Part shown: positions 39,123-52,145 of the stretch, in pieces
Position numbering within the stretch: position 1 is the stretch's first letter
Layout of the letters: every line of letters starts with the position of its first letter
Source of the DNA: Podarcis pityusensis
Lineage: Eukaryota
NCBI GenBank assembly: GCA_964106645.2
Contig: OZ067047.1
Length of the DNA: 64,000 bases
Reading direction: 5' to 3' (one strand)
Notes under the pieces: model-generated
Seen by the model: the letters and a program-made list of their open reading frames with translations, nothing else
Told to the model about the DNA's origin: nothing
Database searches by the model: none
Translations under genes and position numbers: made by a program

Positions 39123-40729
39123 ACACACCCTCCTAATTCTACATCAACACAAGCTTTCTCCTGAGCAATTATTTCCAAAAGCTACATTAATATGCCTAAT
39201 TTGCCCTCAAAGACTGACAGAAACAAGCCAGCTCACATCAACCGCTAACATGATACTTTTTGGCTCAAAATGGCAGGCTAATTGTATTGGCCCTCCAAGA
39301 CATTCACATAGATAAGTGACTAGAATTTATCTCAATTATTTCATTTCAGTTGAATACACAAGTATAACGTCATAGCTCCAGACAGCAAGTCCATGAGTCA
39401 GAGAGTATTAGCCAGTGCAAAGGTTTGCAGCTTTCACTGGAGTGGCAAAGATAAGAAACTATAGCATTTTTTCACCTGGTGACTAATAATGTATCTTTAT
39501 ACAAGCAGTAACTGATTACGCAGTCATTACTTTGGATTCTGTTGTGTCACACCTATGCTTAAGGGAAGAAACTACATTTTTAAGAAGTTGTAGAAGTGTG
39601 TTAATCCGAGGACCAGGGTTCATACATTCTCTTTAGCCACAGCATTCTTTTTTTTACCTATGCAGTTCAAACTAGAGTTTCATCATGGGTAGAATCATTA
39701 GTCACAGATGCACATGTTAGCATTAACAGCCAAGTTTTGTTGCGGCTATTTGCAGGGTAATTATACCGCGAAACAAACAAAACTTTTGTATACGAGTCAT
39801 TTGTTGCCAGTTCAGATGCTACTTTTTGAAAATGCAAGTCACATCTTGCTTGCCAGCAGTACACAAGTCTGACAGATTGGTAAAATCCTGAATGCTTTGG
39901 GGAGTCCTTATTTCTCAGGCACGCCTGCAAGTCAGACCTGCATGATACTTTGTACACTTATCTCTAGTCTAGAGGGATGCTGCTGATGTCTACAAACAGG
40001 CCCTGGAGGGGCTTCTTTTTAAAACAGACTCCACTCTCCAGGTGTACATTGGTTGGAAGTAACTTAGAGTCACAGATTATACACAGAAAGGAAGTAAAGG
40101 CAAGACCAAGAGCAAAATGAAAAAGTAGACACAGCCAGTAAAAAAAAGGGGGGTCTCTATGGGCATTGGCACTTTCCTTATATCAATTAAGTATTGAAAC
40201 TAGCAAGTAGTTCTGCTCCACAGAAAAGGGATAGCCAAAACAGGGAGGCAATACAGATCCCCTAGACTCTCTACCACAAATATAAGTTTGAAAGATAGCA
40301 ACAATCATCAAGGGACAAGAGCGAGAGAGAACCCACTTTCTAAAATCCTTGCTTCACAGTTATCACAATGCTTAAGAGTCAACTGGAGTATTTCCCCAAG
40401 AGCAACAATTGCCACAGGAGAATATTCTAGAAGTAGCATGCCTCAGAGCATTTTCCCACTTTCCACATTCAACTAATAAACACATGAGCTGGAATCTTGT
40501 CCCATTTCTTTTTCCTTTTCACAAGTTGCTCCATCCAGATACAGACCCTGGGACTGCTGGACTCTTGTTTGAACCACCCTGCCAAAGGGAAATAAACGCC
40601 CGTTGTTGCTTAACCAGGGCATTTCACCGCCTTTTATTCAAAGGAAGTTGGCTGAACAGAGAGGAGAAGTTGGTCCCATTTGAGAACGGGGGCAGCTGCA
40701 AAATCTACCAGAGAGACTCTCCTCCTGCA

Positions 40730-42110
40730 AGCTTCGTCTTGCCCCGTCGCTCCCTCCTCCCCCTTTCCTGGCTTGACTCAAGCAGCGCCAACTGAATGAG
40801 GAAGTCAAGCTCGGCGGGCGGAAGCCAAGCCCATTGCAATGTCTGCAACAAGGTTGTCAGCCCGTGACTCAGGCGGGAGCCCTGACAGCTGCCAAGCGGT
40901 ATACTGCCCGTTACTTCCCAGCTTTGTTGTTTTTTTTTAAAAAAAAAGGGGGGGAGAGGGGGCAGGAAATCCTTAGATTAGAGGGTGCAACCCCAGCTAC
41001 AAACCGAGGAAAGAGAACGAGCAGGTTTAATCTCTTGCAACAAGAGCAGGATATAGTAACAGGCAGCAGAGGGTGAGAGAAGCACGCGATCAGCTGCTTT
41101 CTCAGAGAGGCAAGAGGCGGTAGTCTTAAAGCCATTTCCCCTGCAGGGTTGTTGGGGTTAGGGGCGGTGGGGGGGAGGGGAAAGAGGTATGGGGGGGAGG
41201 GGAAGCACAGGTAGCCGGTGCGGCAAGGGAAGGATCCTGTGCGTGACAATTGCACAGCGTTCCCCCACCCCAGGCGGAAAGGAAGCCAAGAGATGAAGGC
41301 TGCACCTTCCCCCCCCCCACCCGCTTCCACCCCCCTCCAAAGCCGATGCCCCCACAGTGGGTGGCACTTCCTGGGCTTGCAGCCCGCTTGGCAGAAGAAA
41401 GGCATTCTAGAAGTTAAGCCACACCCGCCCGCCCGCCTCGCGATGAACCTCAACCCGCCGGCGCCAAACTGAAAGCCAAGCGCCATCTCTCGCGTGTTTC
41501 CCGTCCCGTCCCGCGCCGTCCCTGAAGCAGGATTTTCACCTGAGTCTGGCCAAAGCCCGGGAGGTTGGGGGGGGGGCGAACCGCCGCGGCTCCTGCTCCT
41601 CGCTGTGGGAAGACAAGACTCGGTACCCGGCACCTTCGGAGAGAGTCGCAGCGCCCCACCCGCCGCGCTGTTCCAGCTTCAGCGCCTCACACTCACCGGC
41701 AACAGCGAGGTTTCAAGCCGGGAGGGAGCGGCCGCGGCTAAGGACAGCAACACCCACCTGCTGTACTGCTGGCCAATAAAAAGGGCAGCTTGCTCTGACT
41801 GAGCTCCAGCTCCCGCCAATGGCGACGCAAGAGGAGGGCGGTGCTGCTAAAGAAGGCGGAGGGCGCTTTTTTTTTTTTTTTAATCTCCTCAACTGACGCC
41901 TCAACCCCCGCTTCTCATATTAGCCCGCCTCTCATCCTCCTCGCAGAAATGGGCTCAGCCAATGCGCCCTCATTCAGAGAGGAACGTAGACTGACACGTC
42001 GGGCGGCCAATAGGCGCACGGAGAAAGGGTAGGGCCCTTTGTGGGCCTATCTTGAACGTTTCCCTGGCTGTTCTGAGGCGTGGCAGCAAGGAGTGGAGTG
42101 GCGGCGGGGG
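40730..42110. promoter_or_regulatory. CpG island / proximal MYH9 promoter
   Basis: High CG density; CCAAT at 41773, 41816, 41959 and 42007; GGGCGG at 41836 and 42001; TGACG half-site at 41894; AP-1 TGACTCA near 40774 and 40865; T15 at 41867-41881. Confidence 0.8.
41540..41750 (-). other. MYH9: Putative MYH9 non-coding first exon(s); 5' end approximate
   Basis: Lies in a CpG island; ends TCCCGGG...CCAGACTCAG|gtgaaa, resembling my recollection of the human exon 1 end; a second donor CCG|gtgagt at 41696. Confidence 0.55.
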
Positions 42111-42379
42111 AGAAATCCCTGCCATCCATTTTCAGCCCCATTAACCTACCCTGAGTAGGAACAAAACAGTGGGCACTCGCTTGTTCTCCTGTGCATGCTC
42201 AAGCAGAAGTAAACCCTACTGTATTGAATAGGGCTCTCTCCAAGACTGGCCCTTAAGCATCTAAAAGCAAATACTCGGGTCTTCTACTTCCATTTAGCAA
42301 TAGCGATATTTTTCAAAATTAAAATTGTTCGACGCTTATTAATTGAAGTTTAACACGTCACGTATAACAAAGACTCTTG

Positions 42380-42870
42380 CAGTACTGATAAAAGACTGGG
42401 AAAGTGCCCTTAAATGGGCAAGCTGGCTTCCTTTCCACCACTGGATCCTGCACAAACTTACTACCTTCAAAGCTCTTCTGCAGCCTTGACCTCCCACTTC
42501 TCTCTCCACTTCTATTTTCCAATGCATCCCTTCCTGTAACCTCCTCTTGTCCACCACTTAGCTGTCCAAAGGTTTCCTGCATCCTGAAACAACTCTGCTC
42601 TTCCTGCCTTCCTGCCCATTATGCCTGGAACTGCGTCCAGAAGGCCTTTGCAACCTCCTCCCTTCCTTAACGTCCCTCCTCAAAATTCATTTATTTTGTA
42701 GAAGACTTTTGGAACAACCAAAGTGCATGGAGTTGAAATAATTTCACATTCCCCCGTTTACCCCTACCTCCATTTCCCGTTCCCTCTTCTATGTTTTAGA
42801 TTGCAAGCATTTTGGAGTAGGGACTTGTGAAACCTGTTCTTTGTGAAGCTCTGTATACATGCATGCCACT
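42380..42870 (+). mobile_element. Degraded L2-type LINE 3' fragment
   Basis: Remnant motifs WLP..KLL.TFKAL, AWN, SLLK.HLF; TTAGATTGCAAGC tail. Confidence 0.55.
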
Positions 42871-45149
42871 GTCACCATCATCAAGCTTAAAAAAAAGTAA
42901 GAATCACTTTGTTATATTAGATCAAGATCTATTTAAGCTGCAGCAGTTCTGTGCACACCTAAGTATAAGCCTCGCTGAACATAGTGGGACTTTCTTCTGA
43001 GTAAACATGCACAGGCTTGCCTTGTTAGTCCAACATTGTGTTTTCAGTGACGGCCAAGCAGATTCCCCTGGAACGTTCACAACAGGACATGATGAAGATA
43101 GCCAACCCATTATTGTTATCAGTATGTGGAAACCAGAGGTATTCTACCTCTAAACATAAAAGTCTCATTTATATCTGTCATTCCTAACATTAATGCACTT
43201 GTCTTTCCTCCACTAGTCTTTTTACAAATCTTTTTTATATTTTTTAATAAAATATTTATGCTTTTTTAATGTTCAGAGATAGCATACTCCCACTTACCAA
43301 GTACTAAGGATAATAAGGTTTGGCTAGCTTCATTGACTTTTAAATTCTAGAAATCAGGTGAACCAAATACATCAAGATGAGGAACCTCATCCCTGACATT
43401 TTGACGATTTCTGCCCTGACACTGCTTCCGGATGCAGTATTCCATGCATGTCCGGGAAATTCCAGATGTATGGCAATCCTAGCTTCACTGCATGAATTAT
43501 CCACCCTTTTACCGGACTACACCAGTTTTGGACTTGCCAAATTTAATTGTTAAAAAGCAGGGTTTGTTTGCTTTTTTAAAGGCAGCAATATTACACCCAT
43601 TGATCTTCAAGGAAGTCCCACTGAGCGCAATGGGATTCCACTGTTACGTATATGTAGTGCTCTAAGGAGTTCTGATGTATGATATCCCATTAACATATAT
43701 GGCAACTGTGTAACCACTTTCATTATCTAGCCACTCTACTCAGGAGTCAGATTCTCAAGTTGGATGGTCAGATGCAAAAGAGGGCAGGGCTCCTGTACCT
43801 TTAAAAGTTATGTAGAAAGCGGGGAATATCAGTAGGGTTAGGCGTGGTCATCCAAGCTACAGCTGCAGAATATTGCCACCTCTACACAACTGTGGCAAAG
43901 GTGCAGGAATCCTGTCCTTTTTAACCTCTGTTCGATCTCCCGCTAAATAAAAGTTGGACCTACTGTATCATGGTATGAAGCTAACATACACACTAAGAAC
44001 CATTATTTTGAAGCTGGTCAAGCAAATTGATGGGAAGTTTGCATCACCAATGTTAAGCACAATAGTCAATGTCAAATCTTTAGTGAAAGAAAATTAGCAG
44101 TGAAATTCTGTGGATATTTATTCAGAAGTAAGTTCTAGTTTTCTATGTTTGTAATGCTTAAAAAAAAAGGCAACATCAGATTATAACTGAAGTTTATAAA
44201 GCACTAGAGGGGCTCTAGTAAAATAAAAGAGATGTTCATTCCAAAATTCAGACACTCTTGTATCTAAACACTTTCCTGGTACCATGTATGATAAGGTGTT
44301 CTGTGGTGGGATTCATGGGTTGGCAGAGAATGAATTATTATACAGGTAACTTCTTTTCTTTGTGCTCAACACAGAAAGCATGGGATACCAGAGGAAGGAA
44401 GCCTCCTTCTTGCCTAGCATTGAAATTCAGCAGGCTGCTGGAAGAGGGACAGAGTCTGCTATCCATTCTGTCAGCCCATAGCAAGCCAGAGCAAGATGCT
44501 CTGAACACATAAACACAAATTCTGGTGTGACTGCACTAGCTACCAATTTATTTATTGCTGTAAGCTGCTTTGAGTTACTTTTGTTAAGAAAAACACCTAA
44601 GTTTTAAATTTAAAGCAAACAAGCCACCTGTCTGTCAATCATAGGCTAGTAACTTTTAGGGCTCGTTTACAAGGCTGACTTAAACATTTTCAGGTATTAT
44701 TGATTTCAGTGGAGAAGATATAAGTATGGGCTTCTGACACTGTCATCAATGTGAATTTAAAATCCTAGCGTTAGCTGGGCCATTCCCAAGGCTTTTTGTA
44801 CGCTAGAGAATGTATATTTGTAGGTATGAATGATGTGAGAAAAGACATTAATTAGGTCAAGGATCCTAAAAAGACCAATAAGAAACTTCAAGAATCAGAA
44901 TAGCTGAAGGTGTACTTGGAGAAACAGAGTATCCTAGAGACAATAACCTGAAGACTCTTGAAAGAAAGTTTATTTGGTTAAGAAAGGGATGAAGGGCGGA
45001 GAAGGTAATGCTACTAAAGTTGTTGAAAGATGTGTGCCACTGAACATCATTGTATCAAGGATTAAAAGATAAAATACTGTGGTTAAGCATTAGTGAGAAG
45101 AGTGTAAGGAGAAGAAATTGCAGGGCTGGAAATAGAACTCAGCCACTTG

Positions 45150-45530
45150 GAGAGCCAGTGTGGTGCAGTGGTTAGAGTGTTGGACAAACATTGTGGGAGA
45201 TAAGGGTTCAAATTCCCATGTAGCCATAAAGCTTACTGAGTGATTTCGGCCGCATACACGCCAGACATTCAAGCATGCACGGACACAAAAACTCATGGGA
45301 ACTGTAGTTTGTTGTGAGTGCTAGAAACTAGCTCTGAGGGGGAAACTCCAGTTCCCAGAATTCTCTTTGGGGGGTGGGCATGCAGAGAAATGTGTTTTAT
45401 ATTTTTGTTAAATGTATGGCGGGTCAATTACTGTCTCTCAGCCTAACCTACCTCACAGGGTTGTTGTGAGGATAAAAGGAACTTGGAAAAACCATGTACA
45501 CTGCCTTTACTTCTTTGGAGTAAAAGGCAG
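45150..45530 (+). mobile_element. MIR-like (CORE) SINE interrupted by a MITE (~45247-45420)
   Basis: TGGTGCAGTGGTTAGAGTG..GGGTTCAAATTCCC head; CTCAGCCTAACCTACCTCACAGGGTTGTTGTGAGGAT body; related copies at ~51800-51945 (+) and ~57995-58135 (-). Confidence 0.7.
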
Positions 45531-46959
45531 GCTCTAAATGCAATTAATAAATATATCAATAAATAAATGAAGGAGCTTGACAGAGAAAAATAAATAGGGG
45601 CCAAGAATGAAGGAGTGTAGTAAACCTTGTTAGTGAAGGACCCCGATGGCTTTTTAGGGCACTAACATAGTCACAGTCTATGACATCAGAAGCCCAATTG
45701 GGTTATGAGGGCTACAGGTGTGGCAGAAGTCTTTATTTAAAAAAGAAGGCAAGGAGAAGGTTTGAACTTGACAGCAAAAGGCAGAATGGTAAAATTAATT
45801 TAAAGTTTGCAACTGGAAAAGGAACAAAAATAGATAATGGAGTTAACAATGGAAGTATTTATTAATTATTTCTGAAAAGTTAAAGCCCAAGGAAATAAAT
45901 TAACACCCAAATACAGTACTGTAATACAACGGAAGAATTTTGAGTCTTCTGCTTCTTTGACTTGCACATGTTGAGCTGCATTTTTTTTTTTCTTTTGCAA
46001 GGTGTGGGCTATCATAAATATACTTTATTTTAGTAAAGATAATTAAGGCAAAGGAGAGGAGTGACCAATGAGAAAAGACAATGAAAAGAGTGAAGGAGGG
46101 AGCATGTTGCTAAATATTAACCACAGTGACTTTATTTTTTGTTTAAAAAAAATGACAAAAAACCACAGGAGCAGAACAGCTTGCAAAAGTTACAACATTG
46201 TATTGGTAAAGGGTTCTCTACTGAAATGGATTGGCTAAGTAGATGGAATTTGCAATGAAGGGTATTGCTAAAAGTTCAGATTCAGTGTCATATAAGCAGG
46301 TCCGTGAAGCTGAAGCGAAAAAGCAGTGGTTGAAAGTCCATGTGAAAACAGCTGTATCGACAGAAGGCTTTGAGGGGGCTTCTGGGATGATAACGCTACA
46401 AATAATGCACTCCTGTGTTTACTGCTTCCCATCCAACTTGATACTCCAATGAGACATCTACTCACCTTACAGTTTATACTTACAATGACCTTTCACACGC
46501 GCTTTGTTCCAGTCACGTGGCCTGAAAACTCCTTAGGAGCAAACATTGCACAACCAATTATTTCTGTTCAAAGAGAGGTTGCCTTTAACCCATCTACTTG
46601 TCACACTCCTGGCATGTGTATCAGCAGACAATGCTTTTTTACAGAGTTGATCTTAGGTGGCTATCCGGAGCAGCACTTTGTAGGAGGCAGCCTGCCTGCT
46701 GCAGCAGTGACTGCTGCCCTATACAAGGCTGCAGAGATGTTATCTAGGCCTAGGACAAATAATAGTTTGGGGAACATGAGGATGAACGAGGCTCTGCTGA
46801 GGTGCAGCTATTCATGTATTGTCCTTCTGCACCTGCTCCCAAATGCTGTCAGTAGATAGCATAGCTTATCTAAGTACATGGAATATCAGCAATATTTAAG
46901 TTCATGAATACCCCTCAATGATGATTCATTAGATAGGCAAAGCTTGCAGTGGGTACTGG

Positions 46960-47118
46960 CAGCGCCTGATTTAGGGCGGATGGGGTGATTCCTCAGCACA
47001 GGGCACTAAGCTGAAGGCACGCAATATAATAAGGAATCATTGTGAAAATAAGAAATATGTTGGGGGAGTATCAAATTTTGTCCTTGCTCAGGGCACCATA
47101 TTACTAAAGTCCACACCT
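46960..47118. mobile_element. Degraded hAT-like MITE
   Basis: 8-bp flanking direct repeat GGTACTGG; degenerate CAG..GATTTAG termini. Confidence 0.55.
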
Positions 47119-49264
47119 GGTACTGGGACATAGTCCTCCTCCTACTCTGAATTGTTCCTGGTTCCAATTTGCAGTCCTCAAGCAAGGAAGCACAGCAGCT
47201 TATGCACAGGCAATTCTGGGAATAGGTTTTCTGTTAGCTACTGTCCTGAAGGTCGAAGGGGAACATTAGACAAGTGCAATCTTCGTCCACTAACCTTAGG
47301 CAATATGCACCAAAACATGTGGGACCCTTAGCTTTGTTGGGCCTCAGGGGAGTCTCTCTCTCTTCCCCCCCTCCCTTGCCTCTCCCCCTCTGTGCACCCC
47401 TGGCTGTGCATACATTTCTGCTGCTGGGGAAAAGCTAGGGATAAAAGGAGGGGCAGAAGTTGTGATGCAAGGAGGAATCAGAATGAGCATGAGACCCTGG
47501 TAGCTGCAGGAATTGAAGGTTCTAGTAGATCTGGCATTGACTTGAGAGAGCCATAGCAGGTCAGTATGATTCAACTGCTGGCACTCACTGAGAGATGACG
47601 GGGTGGTCTACAAGCCTGCAATATAAAGGAAGTCACTGTCTGACAATCTGTGGGTACGAAGGAGGCTCTGCCAAATCCCAACTACTGATCTAGAAAAAGG
47701 AAAGCTAGCAGTCTTATGTGTGTTGGGTTCCATTGGGGAGGGTAAGGTACTTAAATCACAGCATATAAATACTTGCAATAAATAAATAAATATGCCACTC
47801 TTTTCTGACTTTCATTTGTCCCAAGACTGCAGAAGCAATAGGGAAGGGTGCTCTGGCCCCATCCATCAGCCAAAGGAGAAAAGAGCTGCCAGCCACTATG
47901 CAAGCAAGGACACCAGCAGAGCAAGGGAAGAGCAGCCTGGCAACAACTGGATATAAATGCCCACTTAATAGCTCACCACTTTATTCTGACCTTGAAATAT
48001 GAACTCCCTCCTCTACCTCCCCCCTCCCTTCCATTTCCCTTCCCTTGACTTAGTTTGTAAATGTGTTGACAGGGCCTGCCTCCCATTTTTTTAAAGCTAC
48101 TTTGGAAGGTAACATTTTGCCTGAAATGTAGGATAAAATCTGAAAAAAAGAAAAGAAATGTGGGATAAAATCTAAGTAGACAAATAAACAATAGAATGAA
48201 ATTAATGCTGTGGGGAAATTCTACTAATGAAATGGATCCCACCTAAGCCTTAAGCATTTCTGGGGCAACTGCAGTTGGTGGCAGGAAGGTCTCTATAGCT
48301 ATTACTGCATCCACTGGGTTATTGTAGGGTATGGTTGCTAAATGACAAACACAGGTTCCAAGACCATCACATTCCACATTTAACACATTGACAGATAACA
48401 ATTCAAAGCACTTTCACCATCTGATGAGCTACTCAATAGATTCTGAACATGAGGATTACCATAGTAACTAGCTCAGGCTCAGTTGGGAGGGGGCTGAATG
48501 CTTGTGGTTTACCTCAGCTTATACTCCCACTTCCTTTTCCTCTGAGCCTTGCCCTGTTGCGCTGACATTTTTTGAGCTGGTTTCAACATTACTGTCAAAG
48601 CTAGCAATAATTGAGATAGCTCACCATGCTTTTTACCAGAGGCATCGCTACTAATTAATTAGTAGAAATAGTAGCCTTTGCTACTCCGTTTTTGCCAGGT
48701 ACAAACCAGCTGTCCATATATAAACAGCTGTGCTCATGGCACGTGTCCTTACCTTAAGAGTGAATTACTGAATCTACCATAAATGTAACTACAAACAAAG
48801 TCAGATCAGCTGATGGATGATGGCCATTTGTGTCCTGTTTTGGGCGGGGAAGCAGATCCAAGGTGAAATTATCTGCTCTGCAAAGGCATTTCTCGCTTCA
48901 ACTGTTCTGTTTATAACACACCGTAGACTGGATTGTGTGAGCTGACATTGGAGGCGGGGAGCAGGAAATCCTTTTGTTTCTTAAGAAACGTATACACCAA
49001 CCTTTCACCAAAAGGCCACAGGACGGCTTGCAACATAATAAAACAACATCATAACACAAGAACTTAAAAACGGCAGTCTCAATACAATTTATAATAAAAG
49101 CAGCAGTGTCAAACTATTCATAAATCACTCCAGTCACAGTTCCCCTCATCCAAAATCCTGTTGGAAGAGGCGAGTCTTCATCTGTTTCTTAAAAGAAAAC
49201 AAAGATGTTGCTAGGCACATCTCGACGGGGAGTGTTCCACAGCCACTCCTCACTTGTCATCTTC

Positions 49265-49447
49265 CATAGTTGGAGGCAGTATACTTCTGAATACTGGTTG
49301 CTGGGAAGCGAAGAAGGAGAGAGTGCTCTTGTGCTCAGGTTCTGCTTTGTGGCCTTCCCATGGACATCTATCCGGTTGGCCACTGATAACAGGATGCTGG
49401 ACTAGGTAGGCCTTTGGCCTGATTCAGCAGACATTCCTTGCGTTTTT
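49265..49447 (+). mobile_element. CR1 LINE 3' end
   Basis: GGTTGGCCACTG..AACAGGATGCTGGACTAG..GGCCTTTGGCCTGAT tail. Confidence 0.7.
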
Positions 49448-51039
49448 AAAATATTTGGAGCTGCCACCAAATAAACTCTTGCATGTGGCCTCCAGAAGGT
49501 TGCCCATGAGGAAATGCAGCTCTTTGGCTACATATTTGTTCTGAAACCAGGAATTCACAGAAGTGCCTACAGTGCACAACATTGAACTCAGTAAGATTTA
49601 CATCTGAAAGAACATGCGCCGGATTGAGATGCACAGATGCAAATTGTTTTATAACCTTTATTTTTGTCCTGGTAACAACCCTTCAAAGTAGGTCACTATT
49701 GTTCTTGCTTCACCTAGGAGAAGCTGCAGTTGAGAGATTACAGTACTCATCCAAGGCCACACAGCAAATCCATTGCAGGTGGAATCCAGTCTCCTGGATT
49801 CACACTGGATCATTGGCCATTGGACCACAAAAGGTTCAGACAGCCAGTTAACAGATCCAAATAATGTTTTAATGTCCGTCCGCTAATCAGAGTTCATGAC
49901 TGAGAAACAGGTTGCCCAAATCTAGCCAGTAAGAGCTGCAAGTAAACTCTGCCCAATTGTTTCCCTTCTTCCCTTCTTCTGTGTCACAGTGCTCAAAGAA
50001 GGAGAGTACGTAGTGAGATTTCCAGTGAAAGAGAAGAGTGGGGAGGGGAGGCAGTTGTTTAGCACAACCACTCCCTTCTCCTGGGTTGACATCAACCATC
50101 TGGACCTTTGTTTCCCTCCATTTTCATTGTGTGATGTTTACCTTGGGCCTAGCCTGACATAATAATTATAGCCAAATATTTGCTTAAATTCGGATTGTGG
50201 CTTTCATTCCATTCTCCTCTGGCTGAAGACAAAAGAAATATGTATTTGGAAATGTTCCAGCATGTCCCAGAGATGCCAGGACTATGGAATTTGCCAAAGC
50301 CTGATAGAAGCATCCAGAACCTTACAGAGGCTTTGATGCATGAGCCATCAAAGCCTATGATTCGGAACCAAGAAGCAATGAAGATGATGTCAAAGAGTTA
50401 TTCTTCCTGACTTTAGATACAGAACCAGTGGTGGGGATACCTGTTTAGAAGCAAAGTTCAGAAGCATCTACAGGAACAAATATCTAATAATTTCATTCCT
50501 TGAATCAAAGCCTTTTTCAGCATTTTTGGACACAGTGTCAGCTTTACCTGTGGCAGCACTTCTGGATGATCTTGCACAATTTTCTTTAGCATTTACTACA
50601 TGGTAAATTACTACTATGGTCAGGGAAGTATGCACAATACTGTTGCAGCACTGGAAAACAGATAAGCATCCAACTTGCAGCTGTTTGATACCTGAGAGTA
50701 TGGGACTGAAAAACCATGGAAATACCAACATAAAATTCAGCTTTGTAAACGTATGGCTAAACCTTTTCACATTAAGTGGTATCTTTCTGTTTCTCATACT
50801 GACATTGATTTTCATGTTATACGACTTCCTGTAAAATAGGCTTTTTGATGGTCCACCTAATTACCGTGCCTTCTGATATTTAGCCTTTAATGTACGATTA
50901 ATATGTTCATGATTAATATAGAAGGGTTTTGTATTTTCGAAACAATTTTATTCTTAGGAAATGTAATTGTTACTGACAGTGCAATAAAAAGTTTTAAAAA
51001 TAAACCCACAGTAATGATGATCTTGTTGTTGATGATGAT

Positions 51040-51140
51040 TTTATTATTTATACCCTGCCCATCTGGCTGGGTTTCCCCAGCCACTCTGGGTGGCTTACAG
51101 CATATATAAAAACATAATAAAACATCAAACATTAAAAACT
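51040..51140 (-). mobile_element. L2-type LINE 3' tail
   Basis: Reverse complement of the tail at 63120-63165 (CCCAGAGTGGCTGGGGAAACCCAGCCAGATGGGCAGGGTAT). Confidence 0.65.
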
Positions 51141-51983
51141 TGTGAGTCCTCATTCTATCTGTGGCATGGCCACTCACTCTCAAATTTTGCATAGCTTTCT
51201 GTGTAAGAACCCAGGCTCTCTATTTTGACTTCCTGACAGCCATTTTGCAACTGACTGCTCAGTCTATACAGTTTCTGCCAGGTTGGTAATGCTTCTGGGA
51301 GGGTGGAAGGACTCTGATTTCCTGAGCCTGTCTCAACTGCTCCTGTCTCCGCTCCACACTTCAAGTGGCCTGGAGGGTGAGAATAATATGGCTGGCTTTG
51401 AGAACTTGGAATTGCTGAATACAAAACCCTCAAGTTGCAAGACTCTTTGCGTGCCTGAGGATATCTTGGATATGTACTCCAATCACATCTGCTAAATATA
51501 ATGCGAATACACATTTAAGAGCATATTAATACTACAGCGGTATGTGGGTTTTGCCCCACTTTTTAACTATCATGGCTTCTCCCATATAATTCTGGGAATT
51601 GTAGTTTGGCAAGAGTGCGGAACATTCTCAGTTACATATCCCTACATTCCCACCCCAAACTAGGGCTTCCAGGAGGGAATGACTAGTGTACCCGTTTTAG
51701 TCCGTAGTGCAGCTATGGCCTCACTCTTGGTTCCCAATACTGTAAGCTGCTTTTGTGCAACGTCCCTTGCAAGCTTTGTTCATAGTACCACCTAATGAAG
51801 GTGTAGTGGTTAGAGCATTGGACTAGGCACTGAGAGGCTGGTGTTCAAATCCTCACTGGGCGACCTCAGGCCAGTCACTGCCTCTCAGCCTAACCTATTT
51901 TGCAGGGTGGTTGAAAAAGGTGGGTTATAAATGCAATAATTAAATAAAGTCTGTCAAAACTCCATTGTTATTTTAAATAGATG

Positions 51984-52145
51984 CAGTGCTTTTTTTCTTT
52001 AAAAAAATGTTTAGGGGTAATAGGGGTACAGTACTCTCATTTTCCTACTCATATTGAAATACTGCCCCTCAACAAGGCCAAACTTAGATTCACAAAATGT
52101 TTAGGGGTATGTGTACCCCTGCGTCTCCCCAGAAAAAAAGCACTG
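51984..52145. mobile_element. hAT-like MITE
   Basis: TIR CAGTGCTTTTTTT / AAAAAAAGCACTG; imperfect 8-bp TSD AATAGATG/AACAGACG. Confidence 0.75.

Noticed and set aside
40911-41633. 240-aa ORF and overlapping ORFs in the proximal CpG island
   Set aside because: Low-complexity G/P/R/A-rich translation expected from stop-poor GC DNA; no recognisable domain
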